Origin: an uncultured delta proteobacterium
GTDB lineage: Bacteria; Desulfobacterota; Desulfobacteria; Desulfobacterales; QNYZ01
Assembly: GCA_963845145.1 (NCBI GenBank)
Contig: CAWJQU010000002.1
Location: forward strand, 480,001 to 544,000
Reading direction: 5' to 3'
DNA length: 64,000 nt
The position numbers were made by a program, and so were the translations under genes. How positions within the stretch are numbered: position 1 is the first letter of the stretch; each line of letters starts with the position of its first letter. The notes below the pieces were generated by a model. The model had not been told where the DNA came from. It saw only the letters and a list, made by a program, of their open reading frames with translations, and searched no databases. Positions 9,870 to 21,490 of the stretch are shown here, one piece after another.

Positions 9870-10709
9870 TCAGCGCAAAGGTTTGATTGATCCCTGGACA
9901 TAGCGCCGGACTATCGATTCAAATTTGCTTTGGACGGCGCCCTCCTCCTTGACCTTCAATTTGTCCAAGGACCCTTGAAAGATGGCGATGACGGCATCGT
10001 CGGTATCCTTGTGAAACGCATAATATGAACCGATATCCTGCTTGAGGTTGAAGGCCACTTCGTAATCGTTTGGGTTGAAACCGGCCTGGGAAATGATCCA
10101 GGCCGCGACGGTCACTTCGTAATTCCAAAGGTCAATCCGATGGCGGTTGAGTTTATGAACATTGATTTCTCCGGTTGCGACCGGCTCAATATTAGCCGGA
10201 TCAATGCCCAGGGTATGCAGCAACATTTCACCATAATCCTTGCTCACCACACCAATTTTGTAATGGTTAATCTCACTCCGCGAGGCGATCCGTATCCCTC
10301 GTTCTTTTTTTGCAATCAACCCGAATTCAGTGGAAATAATCGGGCCCACCCATTTAAACAGATTTTCCCGTAGCGCATTGCGATTGGTCATAAACAAGAC
10401 GGTATTTTTCTTTTCCAGTGCATCCCGATACGCCCGTGCCCAGGGCAACAGTTGGACATCTTCTTTGGTCAGCTTGGAGCCCACCATCGCAAGGATAATT
10501 TCCAGCAAATCAACGGAAATACCCTTCAATTGACCGTCGTCGGCATAGTTAAAGGGGGGGAATTGTTCGGTCAGCAATATCAAATTATCCACGTTTTGAC
10601 TGTGAACGACCGAAGGATCGGAAATAAAAAAGAAAACAGCGGCAATAAGGGTGCGAATGGCCCCCCGGTTGGTCCTCGCAATAAGCAATAGGTTACGCAT
10701 GATCCACAT
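9870..10709 (-). CDS. Extracellular solute-binding protein, family 3 (orphan, next to two-component system)
   Basis: TEQFPPFNY, GISVDLL, LPWARA, RENLFKWVGPI, YYAFHKDT. Confidence 0.85.
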   Translation of the reverse strand: MWIMRNLLLIARTNRGAIRTLIAAVFFFISDPSVVHSQNVDNLILLTEQFPPFNYADDGQLKGISVDLLEIILAMVGSKLTKEDVQLLPWARAYRDALEKKNTVLFMTNRNALRENLFKWVGPIISTEFGLIAKKERGIRIASRSEINHYKIGVVSKDYGEMLLHTLGIDPANIEPVATGEINVHKLNRHRIDLWNYEVTVAAWIISQAGFNPNDYEVAFNLKQDIGSYYAFHKDTDDAVIAIFQGSLDKLKVKEEGAVQSKFESIVRRYVQGSIKPLR

Positions 10710-12396
10710 CGGTCCCGAGTTTCTTCAATTTTTTGTATAACGTTTTCCGGCTGATACCCAGCATCCGGGCCGCTTTGGCCTTGTTTCCATCGGTTTGCGC
10801 CAGTGTTGTCAACACCGTATCCAGGTCGGCGGTATGGGTCTGGCCGGAGGTAACAAGCTTTTTATTGGAACGGCTGATCTCAGGTGGCAGATGCTCCAGT
10901 TTGATCGCATCGCTACGACAAAAGACAAAGGCCCGCTCAATGGCGTGCTCTAACTCTCTCACATTACCAGGCCAGGCATACTGCATCAAAGCCTTTAGGG
11001 CATGCTCGGTGACGCCTTGAATATTTTTACTAAATTTTTGATTGTACAGATCACAGAAGTGGTCGATAAGCAAAGGAACATCCTCGTAGCGTCCCCTTAA
11101 GGGGGGGAGTTCTATCTCCACCACTTTTAGCCGGTAAAACAGATCTTCACGGAAACGACCCTGCCTGACTTCCTTATGAAGATCACGATTGGTTGCGGTA
11201 ATCACCCGTACGTCTACCTCGATGGGGGTGGAATCCCCCACGCGCTCGAAGCACCTTTCCTGTAGGACCCGCAGCAGCTTTAACTGGGTTAAGGGCGACA
11301 GATCGCCAACCTCGTCTAAAAAAATGGTGCCTTTGTGCGCCTCCTGAAACCGGCCGATTTTATCACGCATGGCACCGGTAAAAGCGCCCTTGATATGCCC
11401 GAACAATTCACTTTCCAGAAGATTTTCCACAAGGGTGGAGCAATTGACCGTCACCATGGGATTCATGGCCCGCGGTCCTGAGTAATGCAGCGCTTTGGCG
11501 ACCAGTTCCTTTCCGGTACCGCTCTCGCCGGTAATGAGTACCGTCGATTCAATCTCGCTCAAATTCTCGACGGTGCGGAACATGCGTTGCATCTTGCCAC
11601 TTTTACCGATGATATTGTGAAAGCTATGGCGCTCCTTGAGCTCGCTTTCCATATTGGACATTCGGGTCACATCCCGAATAACCAGGATGGCCCCGATGGA
11701 TTTATTATTCCGGTCCAACAGGGGCGATGCATTGACAACCAGCATTTGGCGGGGATGATTGACCGGCCGACATTCAATGTGCTGCTCACGAACAACAGCT
11801 TGATGATCAAGGGTCCGCCGAAGTACATCGGCACAGGCGGCCAGGCAGGGGTTGTCAATGGCGTCAAATACTTTTCCGGCAATATCACGGGGGTCGGCAT
11901 GACACACTTTTTCCAAAGCGGCGTTGGATTCTAAAACCCGCTTGCGGTTATCCACGGTTATAATGGCATCCATAACGCTGCGAAAAATCGCGTCCAGATT
12001 ATTCCGGTAGCGCTCCCTTTCGGTAATGACCTGCTTATGGGAAAGCGCGATCTTGGCCACTCGCAGCAGTTCATCCTGTTGAATCGGTTTGGCCAAATAG
12101 TCAAATGCGCCCAGCCGCACGGATTCCGATGCGGTATCGATATCCGGCTGCCCGGTAATGATGATGACCGGACAAAGCATGCCTCGCTTCTTGACCTCTT
12201 TTAAAATATCAATCCCCGTATGCTCGGCCAGAATGATATCGGCAAAGATCAGATCCGGTTCCGCTTCGGAAACAAGCGCCATAGCACGTTCAAAATTATC
12301 CGCGCAGGTAACATTGTACCCCTCTTCGGTTAAAAATTCGTTGAAGGTAAAGCGAATGCTCTCCTCATCATCGACCACTAGAATATTAAAGCTCAT
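10693..12396 (-). CDS. Sigma-54-dependent response regulator (REC-PAS-AAA-Fis HTH)
   Basis: ILVVDDE receiver, PAS, GESGTGKELVA, ESELFGHIKGAFTGA, WPGNVRELE, KAARMLGISRKTLYKKL. Confidence 0.93.
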   Translation of the reverse strand: MSFNILVVDDEESIRFTFNEFLTEEGYNVTCADNFERAMALVSEAEPDLIFADIILAEHTGIDILKEVKKRGMLCPVIIITGQPDIDTASESVRLGAFDYLAKPIQQDELLRVAKIALSHKQVITERERYRNNLDAIFRSVMDAIITVDNRKRVLESNAALEKVCHADPRDIAGKVFDAIDNPCLAACADVLRRTLDHQAVVREQHIECRPVNHPRQMLVVNASPLLDRNNKSIGAILVIRDVTRMSNMESELKERHSFHNIIGKSGKMQRMFRTVENLSEIESTVLITGESGTGKELVAKALHYSGPRAMNPMVTVNCSTLVENLLESELFGHIKGAFTGAMRDKIGRFQEAHKGTIFLDEVGDLSPLTQLKLLRVLQERCFERVGDSTPIEVDVRVITATNRDLHKEVRQGRFREDLFYRLKVVEIELPPLRGRYEDVPLLIDHFCDLYNQKFSKNIQGVTEHALKALMQYAWPGNVRELEHAIERAFVFCRSDAIKLEHLPPEISRSNKKLVTSGQTHTADLDTVLTTLAQTDGNKAKAARMLGISRKTLYKKLKKLGTDVDHA

Positions 12397-14643
12397 ATGG
12401 GAAACTCGATTAGGACTTTGGTGTATTCTCCCTCGACACTTTCAACCCACAACTTGCCATCATGATTTTTTACGATACCGTGACTGATGCTTAAACCCAG
12501 ACCCGTTCCCTGGTCGGTTGGTTTCGTGGAAAAGAAGGGGTCGCATACGCGATCAAGATTTTTTTGTGCAATCCCTATGCCAGTATCATAAAATGAGATT
12601 TGGATATTTCGGCGGTCATCGGGGCCGACGATTTGGCCCTCGATGGACAGCTGTTTTTTTGACGATGAGGTTTGGGGCCGCTGATTAAGGGCGTAGCGGG
12701 CATTGCTGATGATGTTTAAAAAGACCTGTTGAATCTGCTGGGCATTGGCATTTATCTGGGGCAGATCCGCAGACAAATTGACATGAATACCGATATTGTC
12801 CTTGATCAGCATGGATTGCGTCAGATCCAACGCTTCTTTGAGGACGTGATGAATGCCAACGGCATGTTTTTTATCCCGACTTTCCCTTGAGAAAGAGAGC
12901 AAGGCCCGGACAATCCGTTCGATCCGTTCGCCTTCTTTAATGATTCTTTGGGGGATATCATTCCCATCTCCGATCTTTTTCCCGCGATTGATCAATATCT
13001 GGGCATAGTTGATGATCCCGTTTATAGGGTTATTGATTTCATGCGCGACGCCGGCAGCCATTTCGCCTAAGGACGCCAGCTGCGCATTTCGCATGGCGTC
13101 GGCCTGTAGGGTCTTGCGCTCGGTAATATCACGTACAAATGCCCAAAAACCGGTGGCTTTGTCTTGCTGAGGGCGCATCAGGTAGGCCCGCATTTCCACC
13201 GGAAACACGCTCCCGTTTTTGCGGATATACGCTTTTTCATAAACATCGGTATACCCCCGCTGCACCGTCTCCTCTCTTAAAAGCTGGGTTTCCCAATCAT
13301 GGTAATGTTTGGGGGTGATCTGGGGATAGGTCATCTGCTGCAACTCCTTAAGGCTATAACCCAGCATCTCGCAAAAACTGGAGTTGCATTCGATAAAATT
13401 ACCGGAGATATCGGTCATAAGGTACCCGTCACGGCTGCCTTCATATAACTGGCGATATTTTTCTTCGGATTCCCGCAATTCGATCTCGGCCTTTTTGCGC
13501 TCGGAAATATCCTGCATAATACCTTCCAGACGTGTCAAACGGCCGTGCTCATCCCTAAAACCCCGAACCTGGGTAACCCCCCACATCTTCGTACCGTCTT
13601 TTTTGTAAAACTGACATTCATAATTGGAAATCAGGTCTTTTTCACCGAGTAACCGCAGGTACTCTTCCCGTTGATGGGGGTCCACATATTGTTGTTTTTC
13701 AATATTGGTCACGCTGTTGATCAGATCCTCCGGGGAGTCGTAACCCAATATTTGGGCCATGGAGGGGTTGGCGTCGATGAAGCGGCCGCCGGGTGTGGTC
13801 TGAAAAATTCCCTCCAGGGCGTTTTCGAAAATACCCCGATATTTTTTTTCAGATTCAACCAGTTTTTTTTCCGCTTCGATCAACTGGCCGATCCGCAGCT
13901 CGAGATCTTGATTGACCCGTTTTAGCGCTTCCTGGACCTCAAGGCGCTCAATGTTCTCTTTTTCGAGTTGTTCATTGCGCAGGGAGATCTGACTGGCCAT
14001 AAGGTTGGCCTCTTTGATAATGGCGTTGATATCCTCCTGCAACACGGGTGGCATAGGACTTTGGTAGTCTCCACCGGCAATGGAGCGCATCCCCTGAATC
14101 AGATGGTCCATCGGTTTATTAAGAAAGTAACTCATAATAAAATGGATCACCACAATGATAATAACGATAACGGAAAGGGCGATAAGGATCATATTGCGAA
14201 TCATGGCGTTCTGTATCCGGGTCGTATCTTTCCCGGTGATCCATAGGGTTAATGTGCCCACACTATTTCCCTGCCAGGAAATCTCTTTTTCCTGCGTTAT
14301 CAGCCCTGCGGTAATGTTGGGAATTTCTTCAAACATAATCTGGTTCAAGTCATCTTTAATCTGAATGCCCTCCAGATAGGCAGACTTTAGATAGGCTTTC
14401 GATATTTGCACGATGACATCCCGGCTTAAATTCCAAAGGGAGATCGCCATCACTTCAGCCAACTCGTCCACCGTGGATTCGGCTTTTTCCGTGAGAATTC
14501 GTTCGGGAGCTAGTGGTTGAATAAACATAATACACGGCGATATGCACCGCCACGGTAAACCCCACCGCCACGGTCAATCCAATAATCAGATCCCTGGCCA
14601 GCGTTCTTTTACGATATTTTTCAATGTCTCGAATAATGGCCAT
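12393..14643 (-). CDS. Membrane sensor histidine kinase (2TM-HAMP-PAS-PAS-HisKA-HATPase), one frameshift near 14505
   Basis: AHEINNPI H-box, QVFLNIISNA, DTGIG, GTGLGLSI; N-terminal TM is in ORF 14455..14643 and joins in frame if one base of GGG 14505-14507 is removed (YSTTSS/ERILTEK). Confidence 0.88.
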
Positions 14644-14902
14644 CTTTCCCCCAAAATCGATAATGTCAAAAACTGGATGTCACAACGTTAAAACACGACA
14701 ATTCGATAATCGTTAACCCGTCTTCGGTTTGATCGTTCATCTAAAAATCGATCGAAAGCGATTGGGGTCGTTCATAATGATTGTCGCCGATGGGAGGGTA
14801 TGGTATCGTTGCGACGTAAAATGTGTCAAGATTGAGCGATATTTTAACAATGTTTTGCCGAATAGAATCAACATCTTGAAACAAACCGAAGGAATCAACC
14901 CC

Positions 14903-15790
14903 GTGAATACAATCGGATTGGTTGTAAAACCGGATGACCAGGCGGAAAAAACGGCCGCTGAATTCACCCGATGGCTGGCGGACCGGGATCGGGTCGTCAT
15001 CCGCAAAAAGCCCTCCGGCACCGGCGAAACCGGTGCGTCTTACCATGAAGATACCCAAAGCGGCCGTGCACCCGAGGATCTGTTCTGTGTCTTTGTTCTG
15101 GGTGGTGACGGTACGTTTTTGAGTGCCGTCCGCTGGATTGGAGACCAGCCGATTCCCGTCATCGGTGTCAAGTTCGGCGATCTTGGTTTCCTAGCTGAAA
15201 CCGCCGCGGAAAATCTCTACCCCGCAGCCCAGGCCGTTTTAAACAACCAACTGAACATTCAACCGCGCATGCGCCTGGTGGTACGCGTTTTTCGGGATGA
15301 TAGGAAAGTATTACATGAATCCGTGCTAAACGACGTGGTCATTAATCGGGGCGCACTGGCCCGGCTGGCCAATATTCTCACTTATATCGACGACCGCTAC
15401 CTAACCACCTATCGGGCCGACGGATTGATCGTGGCCACGCCCACCGGGTCCACAGCCTACTCCCTGGCAGCGGGCGGCCCCATCATTCACCCACATGTGC
15501 CGGGGATCATCATCACGCCCATCTGCCCCTTTACCCTGACCAACCGGCCACTCATTGTTCCGGATCAGGTAGCGATAAAAATTCGTCTGGAAAAGAGCGC
15601 CGAAGATATCGCCCTGACCTTAGACGGCCAGTTGGGGCTTCCCATCGACCATCGGGACACGATCATTGTCACCCAAAGCGATCATCCCGTTCGCATGATC
15701 GCCATTCCGGACCAATCGTACTTTGATATACTGAAAACCAAATTGCGCTGGAGTGGGGGACGAATTTTATCCGACGAGGGTACGGATTGA
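14903..15790 (+). CDS. nadK: NAD(+) kinase
   Basis: GGDGTFL, LNDVV, ADGLIVATPTGSTAYSLAAGGP, PICPFTLTNRP, KTKLRW; start placed at GTG 14903. Confidence 0.95.
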   Translation: MNTIGLVVKPDDQAEKTAAEFTRWLADRDRVVIRKKPSGTGETGASYHEDTQSGRAPEDLFCVFVLGGDGTFLSAVRWIGDQPIPVIGVKFGDLGFLAETAAENLYPAAQAVLNNQLNIQPRMRLVVRVFRDDRKVLHESVLNDVVINRGALARLANILTYIDDRYLTTYRADGLIVATPTGSTAYSLAAGGPIIHPHVPGIIITPICPFTLTNRPLIVPDQVAIKIRLEKSAEDIALTLDGQLGLPIDHRDTIIVTQSDHPVRMIAIPDQSYFDILKTKLRWSGGRILSDEGTD

Positions 15791-15882
15791 CATGCTCCCT
15801 AATGGTTATATAAAACAATCCAAACAATATGGCCATCCTGTAAGGCGCATAATTTTAAACGAATCAAGTCAGGAGGTATCGC

Positions 15883-16317
15883 ATGTCGGGTGTGAACAAG
15901 GTAATTCTTATCGGGCGACTGGGGAAAGATCCGGAAATCCGCTATTTCAAGGATGGTACGGCCGTAGCTAATTTTTCCATCGCCACATCCGAGGAGTGGA
16001 AAGATAAAGAAAGCGGGGAAAAAAAAGAAAAAACCGAATGGCACCGAATTGTCGCCTTTAGACGGCTGGGCGAAATATGCGGCGAGTACCTTTCCAAGGG
16101 CAGGCAGGTATATATCAGCGGCCGTTTGCAAACCCGCGACTGGGAAGATAAAGACGGAAACCGCCGCTGGACAACCGAAATCGTGGCCAATGAAATGCAG
16201 ATGCTCGGATCAAGGGATTCCGGTGCGGACAACCGCGATACCGACCAATACCAACCCCCGGGAATGGCCGGCCCGGCTTCCGGCGGAAACGAGCCGGAAG
16301 ATGATATTCCCTTTTAA
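15883..16317 (+). CDS. ssb: Single-stranded DNA-binding protein
   Basis: [23 protein letters not shown]-terminal DDIPF; AGGAGG RBS. Confidence 0.98.
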   Translation: MSGVNKVILIGRLGKDPEIRYFKDGTAVANFSIATSEEWKDKESGEKKEKTEWHRIVAFRRLGEICGEYLSKGRQVYISGRLQTRDWEDKDGNRRWTTEIVANEMQMLGSRDSGADNRDTDQYQPPGMAGPASGGNEPEDDIPF

Positions 16318-16351
16318 ACCGTAAGATATATTCTCTTTTAAATTAGTCTAC

Positions 16352-16444
16352 CCGTTTACCTGTCCGCCAGTCAGCCGGCGAGCCGGACTTCCGGCTAACC
16401 GGCTTATCAGCTGCCTTACTGGCTAACCGGTCCACTGGCCGACT
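16352..16444. repeat. Degenerate 8-bp tandem repeat tract (consensus near CGGCTAAC), about 11-12 units
   Basis: ctgtccgc cagtcagc cggcgagc cggacttc cggctaac cggcttat ... tggctaac cggtccac tggccgac. Confidence 0.7.
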
Positions 16445-16459
16445 TCCTTTGGATACCCC

Positions 16460-17288
16460 ATGCCCCTGTCCGTTGTCGATATTTATAAGCAAATCCTACC
16501 CAAAACCAATTGCGGCGATTGCGGTTATCCGACCTGCCTGGCTTTTGCCGGTATGGTGGTATCGGAAAAGTTGCCGTTGAACAACTGCCCCCACATCGCC
16601 CGGGAGGTATTGGCAACCGCCCAGGCCGAACTGAACGACCAATACGCTGCCGGTCAATGGACCAAAAAGGACATGGCCGCCGATGCCCTGGTGTGGGCCA
16701 AAGAACGCGCCGCATCCATGGATATCAAAGATCTTCCGACCCGGATCGGCGGCGAACTAAAAACCGACCCCACCGGGACATTTCTATGAGTTGCCCTATT
16801 TTAACGATGCCATTTTGATTCGCCCGGATCATATATCGAAAGCGGACGGCACGGCCCTCAACCGGTGGGAACAAGTCTTTATCTACAACCATATGGCCCA
16901 GGGAGGGAAAGTGTTGCCCACGGGCAACTGGAAGGGATTGGAGGCCATTCCCAATACGATCTCAAAGATGAAGTCCATGAAGGCGCATGTGGAAGCACCG
17001 CTTTTAAAACGCTTTACCGGACATCCGGAGGCATTAAAAAAAGCGGCTTTCGCCATTGGGGCTCTGGATCACTCCGATCAGTTTCCCACGGCGGATGTGG
17101 CCGTTTACCTGGTCCCCTTGCCCAGGATTCCGGTCGCCCTCTTATTTTGGGATACCGATGACGAGGATGGGTTTGAAGCGGAAATCAAATTGATGTTCGA
17201 TGAAACCATTGTCGACCACCTCGATGTTGAGTCCATCATGTTTTTGAGTGAACGAATCCGGCAGCTGTTACGTGGCGATGAGATGTGA
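16460..17288 (+). CDS. 4Fe-4S (FeS) domain + DUF3786 protein, one frameshift near 16781-16788
   Basis: LPKTNCGDCGYPTCLAFA...CPH FeS motif; C-terminal LPRIPVALLFWD..EDGFEAEIKLMFD; removing one T gives GTFYELPYFND. Confidence 0.85.
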
Positions 17289-17316
17289 CCGCACACCTTC
17301 ACCGCGATACGGACGA

Positions 17317-19107
17317 TTAGGGTTCCAGAACCGGTATCAAATTAAACTGATTGACATCCACCAGACCGAGGTCCGAAATCCGCAATTCGGGAATAACCAC
17401 CAGGGCCAAAAGACTGAGCTGCATATTGGGATTGTTTAAGCGGCATCCGCACGACCTAAACCCCTCCAGCACTGTTGCGGCTTTTGGGGCAACCACCGTT
17501 GCCGGCTCGTTTGACATCAGCCCGGCAAGGGGGAGTTCCACAAGACCGATGATCTCCCCGTTTCGGGAAACGGCCTGACCGCCACCGACGGCGGCCAGCT
17601 TATTGGCAACCCGTGCCATGTCGGCTTCACTCGTCCCTACGACCAACATATGATGGCTGTCGTGTGCCACCGTGGTCCCGATAGCGCACTGTTCAGTTAA
17701 TCCAAACCCCTGAGCCAGCCCTACCTGGATTCCTTCAGTGCCTTTATGGCGCGACACCAAAGCCACTTTCGCCAGATCCCGTTTAATATCCACCGCCACC
17801 TCTCCATCTTTGGCGATGACTTCAACCCGTAAATGTTTGGTCGGTGCCTGATTTTCGATCACACCGATGACATTGGCCGTTTGCCGACCCTCTTTAGCCG
17901 CCGGTAGGACAAAATCCCGGTCTGTCAGTTTTCGGGATAAATGGACGGATTGCGTGGCCCATTCAGGGTAGGTATAATCGGGGAGATTAACCTCAAGATG
18001 TCCCTTCTCAGCGATGATTCGGCCTTTGGCGATAACGGTTTCAGCTGAAAATTCCGACAAATCCGGCACAAGAAGAATATCGGCAAAACGTCCGGGCGCA
18101 ATCATTCCCAGATCCAGTCCCAAACCAAAATGGGTGGCGGCATTGAGCGTTGCCATTTGAATCGCGGTAATGGGCTTTAAGCCATGGGCAATGGCATGGC
18201 GCACGACACGATCCATATGGCCTTCGGTAATCAGCGTTTCGGCGTGGCTGTCATCTGTGCAAAGGATAAAGTGTCGAGGGTCCAAACCCTTTTCGGTTAC
18301 AGCGCGAATCTGCTCGGCAACATCATGCCAGCCGGACCCCAGGCGCAACATGGGTTTCATCCCCTGCCGTACCCGAGCAATGGCGTCCTCCATGCGCGTG
18401 CCCTCATGGTCATCCTCCGGACCACCGGCGACATAGCCGTGAAAAGGAAGGCCCAAATCCTGGGCGGCATAATGTCCTCCGATGACTTTTCTAAAGCGAC
18501 GGGTTTGCGCCATTTCCGCGTGCATTTTTTCATCGCCGCTAAACACGCCGGGAAAGTTCATCATCTCACCCAAACCGATAATGCCATCCCACGCCATCGC
18601 CTCGGCCACCTCTTCCGGCCCGATAACGGCCCCCGGCGTTTCCAGCCCAGGTGCCGAAGGTACGCACGAAGGCATCTGTACCCACACATGAATCGGCTGA
18701 ACGGCGGCCTCATCCACCATCAACCGAACCCCCTTTAATCCAAAAACGTTGGCAATTTCATGGGGGTCGATAAAAATGGCCGTGGTACCTCGACCGGCTA
18801 CGGCGCGCACAAACTCGGTGATTGTAATCATCCCGGATTCAATATGCATATGGGCGTCCAGCAGACCCGGTACCAGGTAAAACCCTTTTGCATCGATGAC
18901 ATGCGTCGTATTCCCAATCGCATGGGCGGCATCCGGCCCCACATACGCAATCCGCTGGGCCTTAACGGCAATATCCGTCTCGGGAATGATCTCTCCGGAT
19001 TGGACACAGACCCAGCTCCCGTTACGAATGACCATATCCGCAGATTCACGCCCCATAGCTACAGAGACTAAGCTTTGGGTTCTTTCAGCAATTTGTTGGG
19101 TTGTCAT
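17317..19107 (-). CDS. ade: Adenine deaminase
   Basis: PGLLDAHMHIES, DPHEIANVFG, GLGEMMNFPGV, CTDD, TVAHDSHH, VIPELRISDLGL. Confidence 0.95.
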   Translation of the reverse strand: MTTQQIAERTQSLVSVAMGRESADMVIRNGSWVCVQSGEIIPETDIAVKAQRIAYVGPDAAHAIGNTTHVIDAKGFYLVPGLLDAHMHIESGMITITEFVRAVAGRGTTAIFIDPHEIANVFGLKGVRLMVDEAAVQPIHVWVQMPSCVPSAPGLETPGAVIGPEEVAEAMAWDGIIGLGEMMNFPGVFSGDEKMHAEMAQTRRFRKVIGGHYAAQDLGLPFHGYVAGGPEDDHEGTRMEDAIARVRQGMKPMLRLGSGWHDVAEQIRAVTEKGLDPRHFILCTDDSHAETLITEGHMDRVVRHAIAHGLKPITAIQMATLNAATHFGLGLDLGMIAPGRFADILLVPDLSEFSAETVIAKGRIIAEKGHLEVNLPDYTYPEWATQSVHLSRKLTDRDFVLPAAKEGRQTANVIGVIENQAPTKHLRVEVIAKDGEVAVDIKRDLAKVALVSRHKGTEGIQVGLAQGFGLTEQCAIGTTVAHDSHHMLVVGTSEADMARVANKLAAVGGGQAVSRNGEIIGLVELPLAGLMSNEPATVVAPKAATVLEGFRSCGCRLNNPNMQLSLLALVVIPELRISDLGLVDVNQFNLIPVLEP

Positions 19108-19202
19108 TTGATTATTTTCCCCCTTCTTCAGTTACCGATCTTTAGTCACCGAGTAAAAATTATTTTACGTAGGATATATACCTATTTTAATGAGGTAGAC
19201 CC

Positions 19203-19229
19203 TTGACAATCGCAAAGTTTGGATATAAT
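19203..19229 (+). promoter_or_regulatory. Candidate sigma-70 promoter upstream of comEA-like gene
   Basis: TTGACA (19203) and TATAAT (19224) consensus boxes, but spacer is only 15 bp. Confidence 0.45.
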
Positions 19230-19455
19230 TAACCGAACCGTAAAGCAAAGAACAGCTGGGCGCCAAAACTGAGTACCAGGGGCTCCATGAACAAACTCCT
19301 CGCCATAATCTCGCATAATGAGGATCGACCCGGTTCAAGGGTTCAAAGGTTCATGCGCCCCTATCCAAGCAATGTTGCCGTTAAAATTGAACTTGAGCGG
19401 GCTGATGATACATGTTGAATTCTTTTTATTATCTCTAATTCAGAAGGAGAAGCAC

Positions 19456-19845
19456 ATGAAATTAAAATCGGTTGTCACTATTCTACTTGTTGTTGGAACA
19501 TTGGTTGCCTTCGCGCTGGTCTCGACAACCCCCCTGGTAGCGGCAGAGAAAAAAACCACGGCGAAAGAAACTGTAAAAAAAGTTGAAAAATCAACGAAAA
19601 AGGCTAAAAAGAAGGTGGCAAAGGCTGTTGAATCCGCTAAAGCCTTGCCCAAGGAAAAAATAAATATCAACGCAGCAGGCATGGAAGACCTCATGATGCT
19701 GCCCGGTATCGGCGAGGTTAAAGCCGAGGCCATCATGAAAGCCCGCAAAAAGTTAAAATTTAATTCTGTGGATGATCTTATCGGTGTGCCGGGTATCGGC
19801 GCAAAGACGGCCGAAGCGATCAAGCCGTATTTAAAATTTAAATAA
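19456..19845 (+). CDS. comEA: ComEA-like helix-hairpin-helix DNA-binding protein with signal peptide
   Basis: KININAAGMEDLMMLPGIGEVKAEAI and VPGIGAKTAEAIK HhH motifs; Lys-rich linker; AAGGAG RBS. Confidence 0.85.
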   Translation: MKLKSVVTILLVVGTLVAFALVSTTPLVAAEKKTTAKETVKKVEKSTKKAKKKVAKAVESAKALPKEKININAAGMEDLMMLPGIGEVKAEAIMKARKKLKFNSVDDLIGVPGIGAKTAEAIKPYLKFK

Positions 19846-19887
19846 CGTGTAACATACCTCACCGCCGGCAACATTGATCCAGCCCAC

Positions 19888-19933
19888 GGGCTCTCTTGAT
19901 CGGACTTAATACTCCCTAAAGAGAGCCCTTTTT
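19888..19933 (+). terminator. Probable intrinsic terminator after comEA
   Basis: GGGCTCTCTT...AAGAGAGCCC followed by T-run; loop is large (about 20 nt). Confidence 0.55.
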
Positions 19934-20056
19934 ATTTTCCTATTCACTCACCGATATCAAGCAGATTATTCTACCTTTATAAACGATCCCAAGACATAAT
20001 GATATTGAATGGGCGGTTGGGGTTATCGCTAATTGTTCCGCCTCAATCCATCCGCA

Positions 20057-21490
20057 TCATCCGTGAATCGGATGCCCCTGGGCCTTATGGGCCGCCTCTA
20101 GCATTACTTCGGCCATGGTGGGGTGGGCATGAATCGTTTCCGCGATATCGGCGACGGTCAAACCCTTCTGGATCGCCAACGTCCCTTCGGCAATTAAGTC
20201 GGTGGCATGGGCTCCCACCAAATGGACACCCAGCACCCGGCCACTACCGGCTTCGGAAATAATTTTCGCCTCCCCGGCCAATTCACCCAGCACCTGGGCC
20301 TTGCCTAAGGTCCGCATCAAAACCTTATGGGCTTCAAAATCAATTCCCTGCGCCTTTGCCTGGGCTTCGGTCAGGCCGACATTGGCCACTTCCGGTGAGG
20401 TAAATATCGCCCCCGGCACCGCATGGTAATCCATTCGGCGGTTGGCACCCATGGCGTTCTCAGCGGCTACCATGCCCTCGGTGGAAGCCACATGGGCCAG
20501 CATAACCTTAGACGGCCCGAGAATGTCGCCGACGGCAAAAATATTTTTCATGTTGGTACGCATTTGATCGTCGGTCTGGATCCATCCTTTTTCATCCAGC
20601 TGAATGCCGTTTTGTTTCAGGCCGATTCCCGTACTGTTGGGTTGACGCCCAATACACACAAGCATTCGATCCACCAACAAAGATTGGGGTGTCTTTTCTT
20701 TTTCAGTCGGATTTTCCAGAAACGGGGAGGGCCCGAGGGTCACCTTCAATTGGTCACCATCATCCGTATAAGCAGCCACGGTGCGGTTAACCAGTAAGCC
20801 AATCCGGCGTTTTTTCATTTCCCGCTGCATAATTTTGGCGCAACCCTCATCCACCGACGGCAAAGGTAGCAATCGTGACAAGGCTTCCACCACCGTAACC
20901 TTGGCGCCTAAAGATGAGAGAATAAAGGCAAACTCACATCCGATAACACCCCCTCCCAGAATAAGGACTGATTCCGGAACCGTTTCAAGATTGAGGGCAT
21001 GATTGCTTGATAACACTTTTTGCCCATCAAAGGGATAGGCTGCCATATTCAGCGGCCGGGTGCCGGTAGCCAATATTAAACGATCCCATTCGATCTCCAA
21101 ACCCTTGTGCTCGCCGGAGGTCACAACCACACGTCCCGGCTGCATGATTTTCCCCGTACCGGCTCGGTGCTGAATGTTATGTCGCTTTAACAAGCCGTAG
21201 ATTCCCTTGATCTGGTTCTCCACAACAGTTGTTTTCCGGTTCATGAGGGCCGCCATATCGACTTTCACCGACCCGTCAATGGTGATACCGAAAGATTTAG
21301 CCTCGTGGTATTTATCCAATAAGTTGGCCGTATTGATCAGCACTTTTGAAGGGATGCATCCCCAGTTTAAACAGGTACCACCAACTTCGTCGGCCTCAAT
21401 CAGGGTCACATCCGCACCCAATTGCGCCGCTCGAATCGCCGCCACATAGCCACCGGGCCCAGCTCCGAGAATCGTTATTTTCGTTGTCAT
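20057..21490 (-). CDS. lpdA: Dihydrolipoyl dehydrogenase (E3 / L-protein)
   Basis: GAGPGGYVAAIRAAQLG, redox-active GGTCLNWGCIPSK, GGGVIGCE, HAHPTMAE. Confidence 0.96.
   Translation of the reverse strand: MTTKITILGAGPGGYVAAIRAAQLGADVTLIEADEVGGTCLNWGCIPSKVLINTANLLDKYHEAKSFGITIDGSVKVDMAALMNRKTTVVENQIKGIYGLLKRHNIQHRAGTGKIMQPGRVVVTSGEHKGLEIEWDRLILATGTRPLNMAAYPFDGQKVLSSNHALNLETVPESVLILGGGVIGCEFAFILSSLGAKVTVVEALSRLLPLPSVDEGCAKIMQREMKKRRIGLLVNRTVAAYTDDGDQLKVTLGPSPFLENPTEKEKTPQSLLVDRMLVCIGRQPNSTGIGLKQNGIQLDEKGWIQTDDQMRTNMKNIFAVGDILGPSKVMLAHVASTEGMVAAENAMGANRRMDYHAVPGAIFTSPEVANVGLTEAQAKAQGIDFEAHKVLMRTLGKAQVLGELAGEAKIISEAGSGRVLGVHLVGAHATDLIAEGTLAIQKGLTVADIAETIHAHPTMAEVMLEAAHKAQGHPIHG

Noticed and set aside
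16787..16789. TGA in FeS-DUF3786 as possible selenocysteine
   Set aside because: Downstream coding is in a different frame, so it is an indel and not readthrough
19108..19300. Purine riboswitch upstream of ade
   Set aside because: No recognisable three-way-junction consensus by eye; an Infernal scan would settle it
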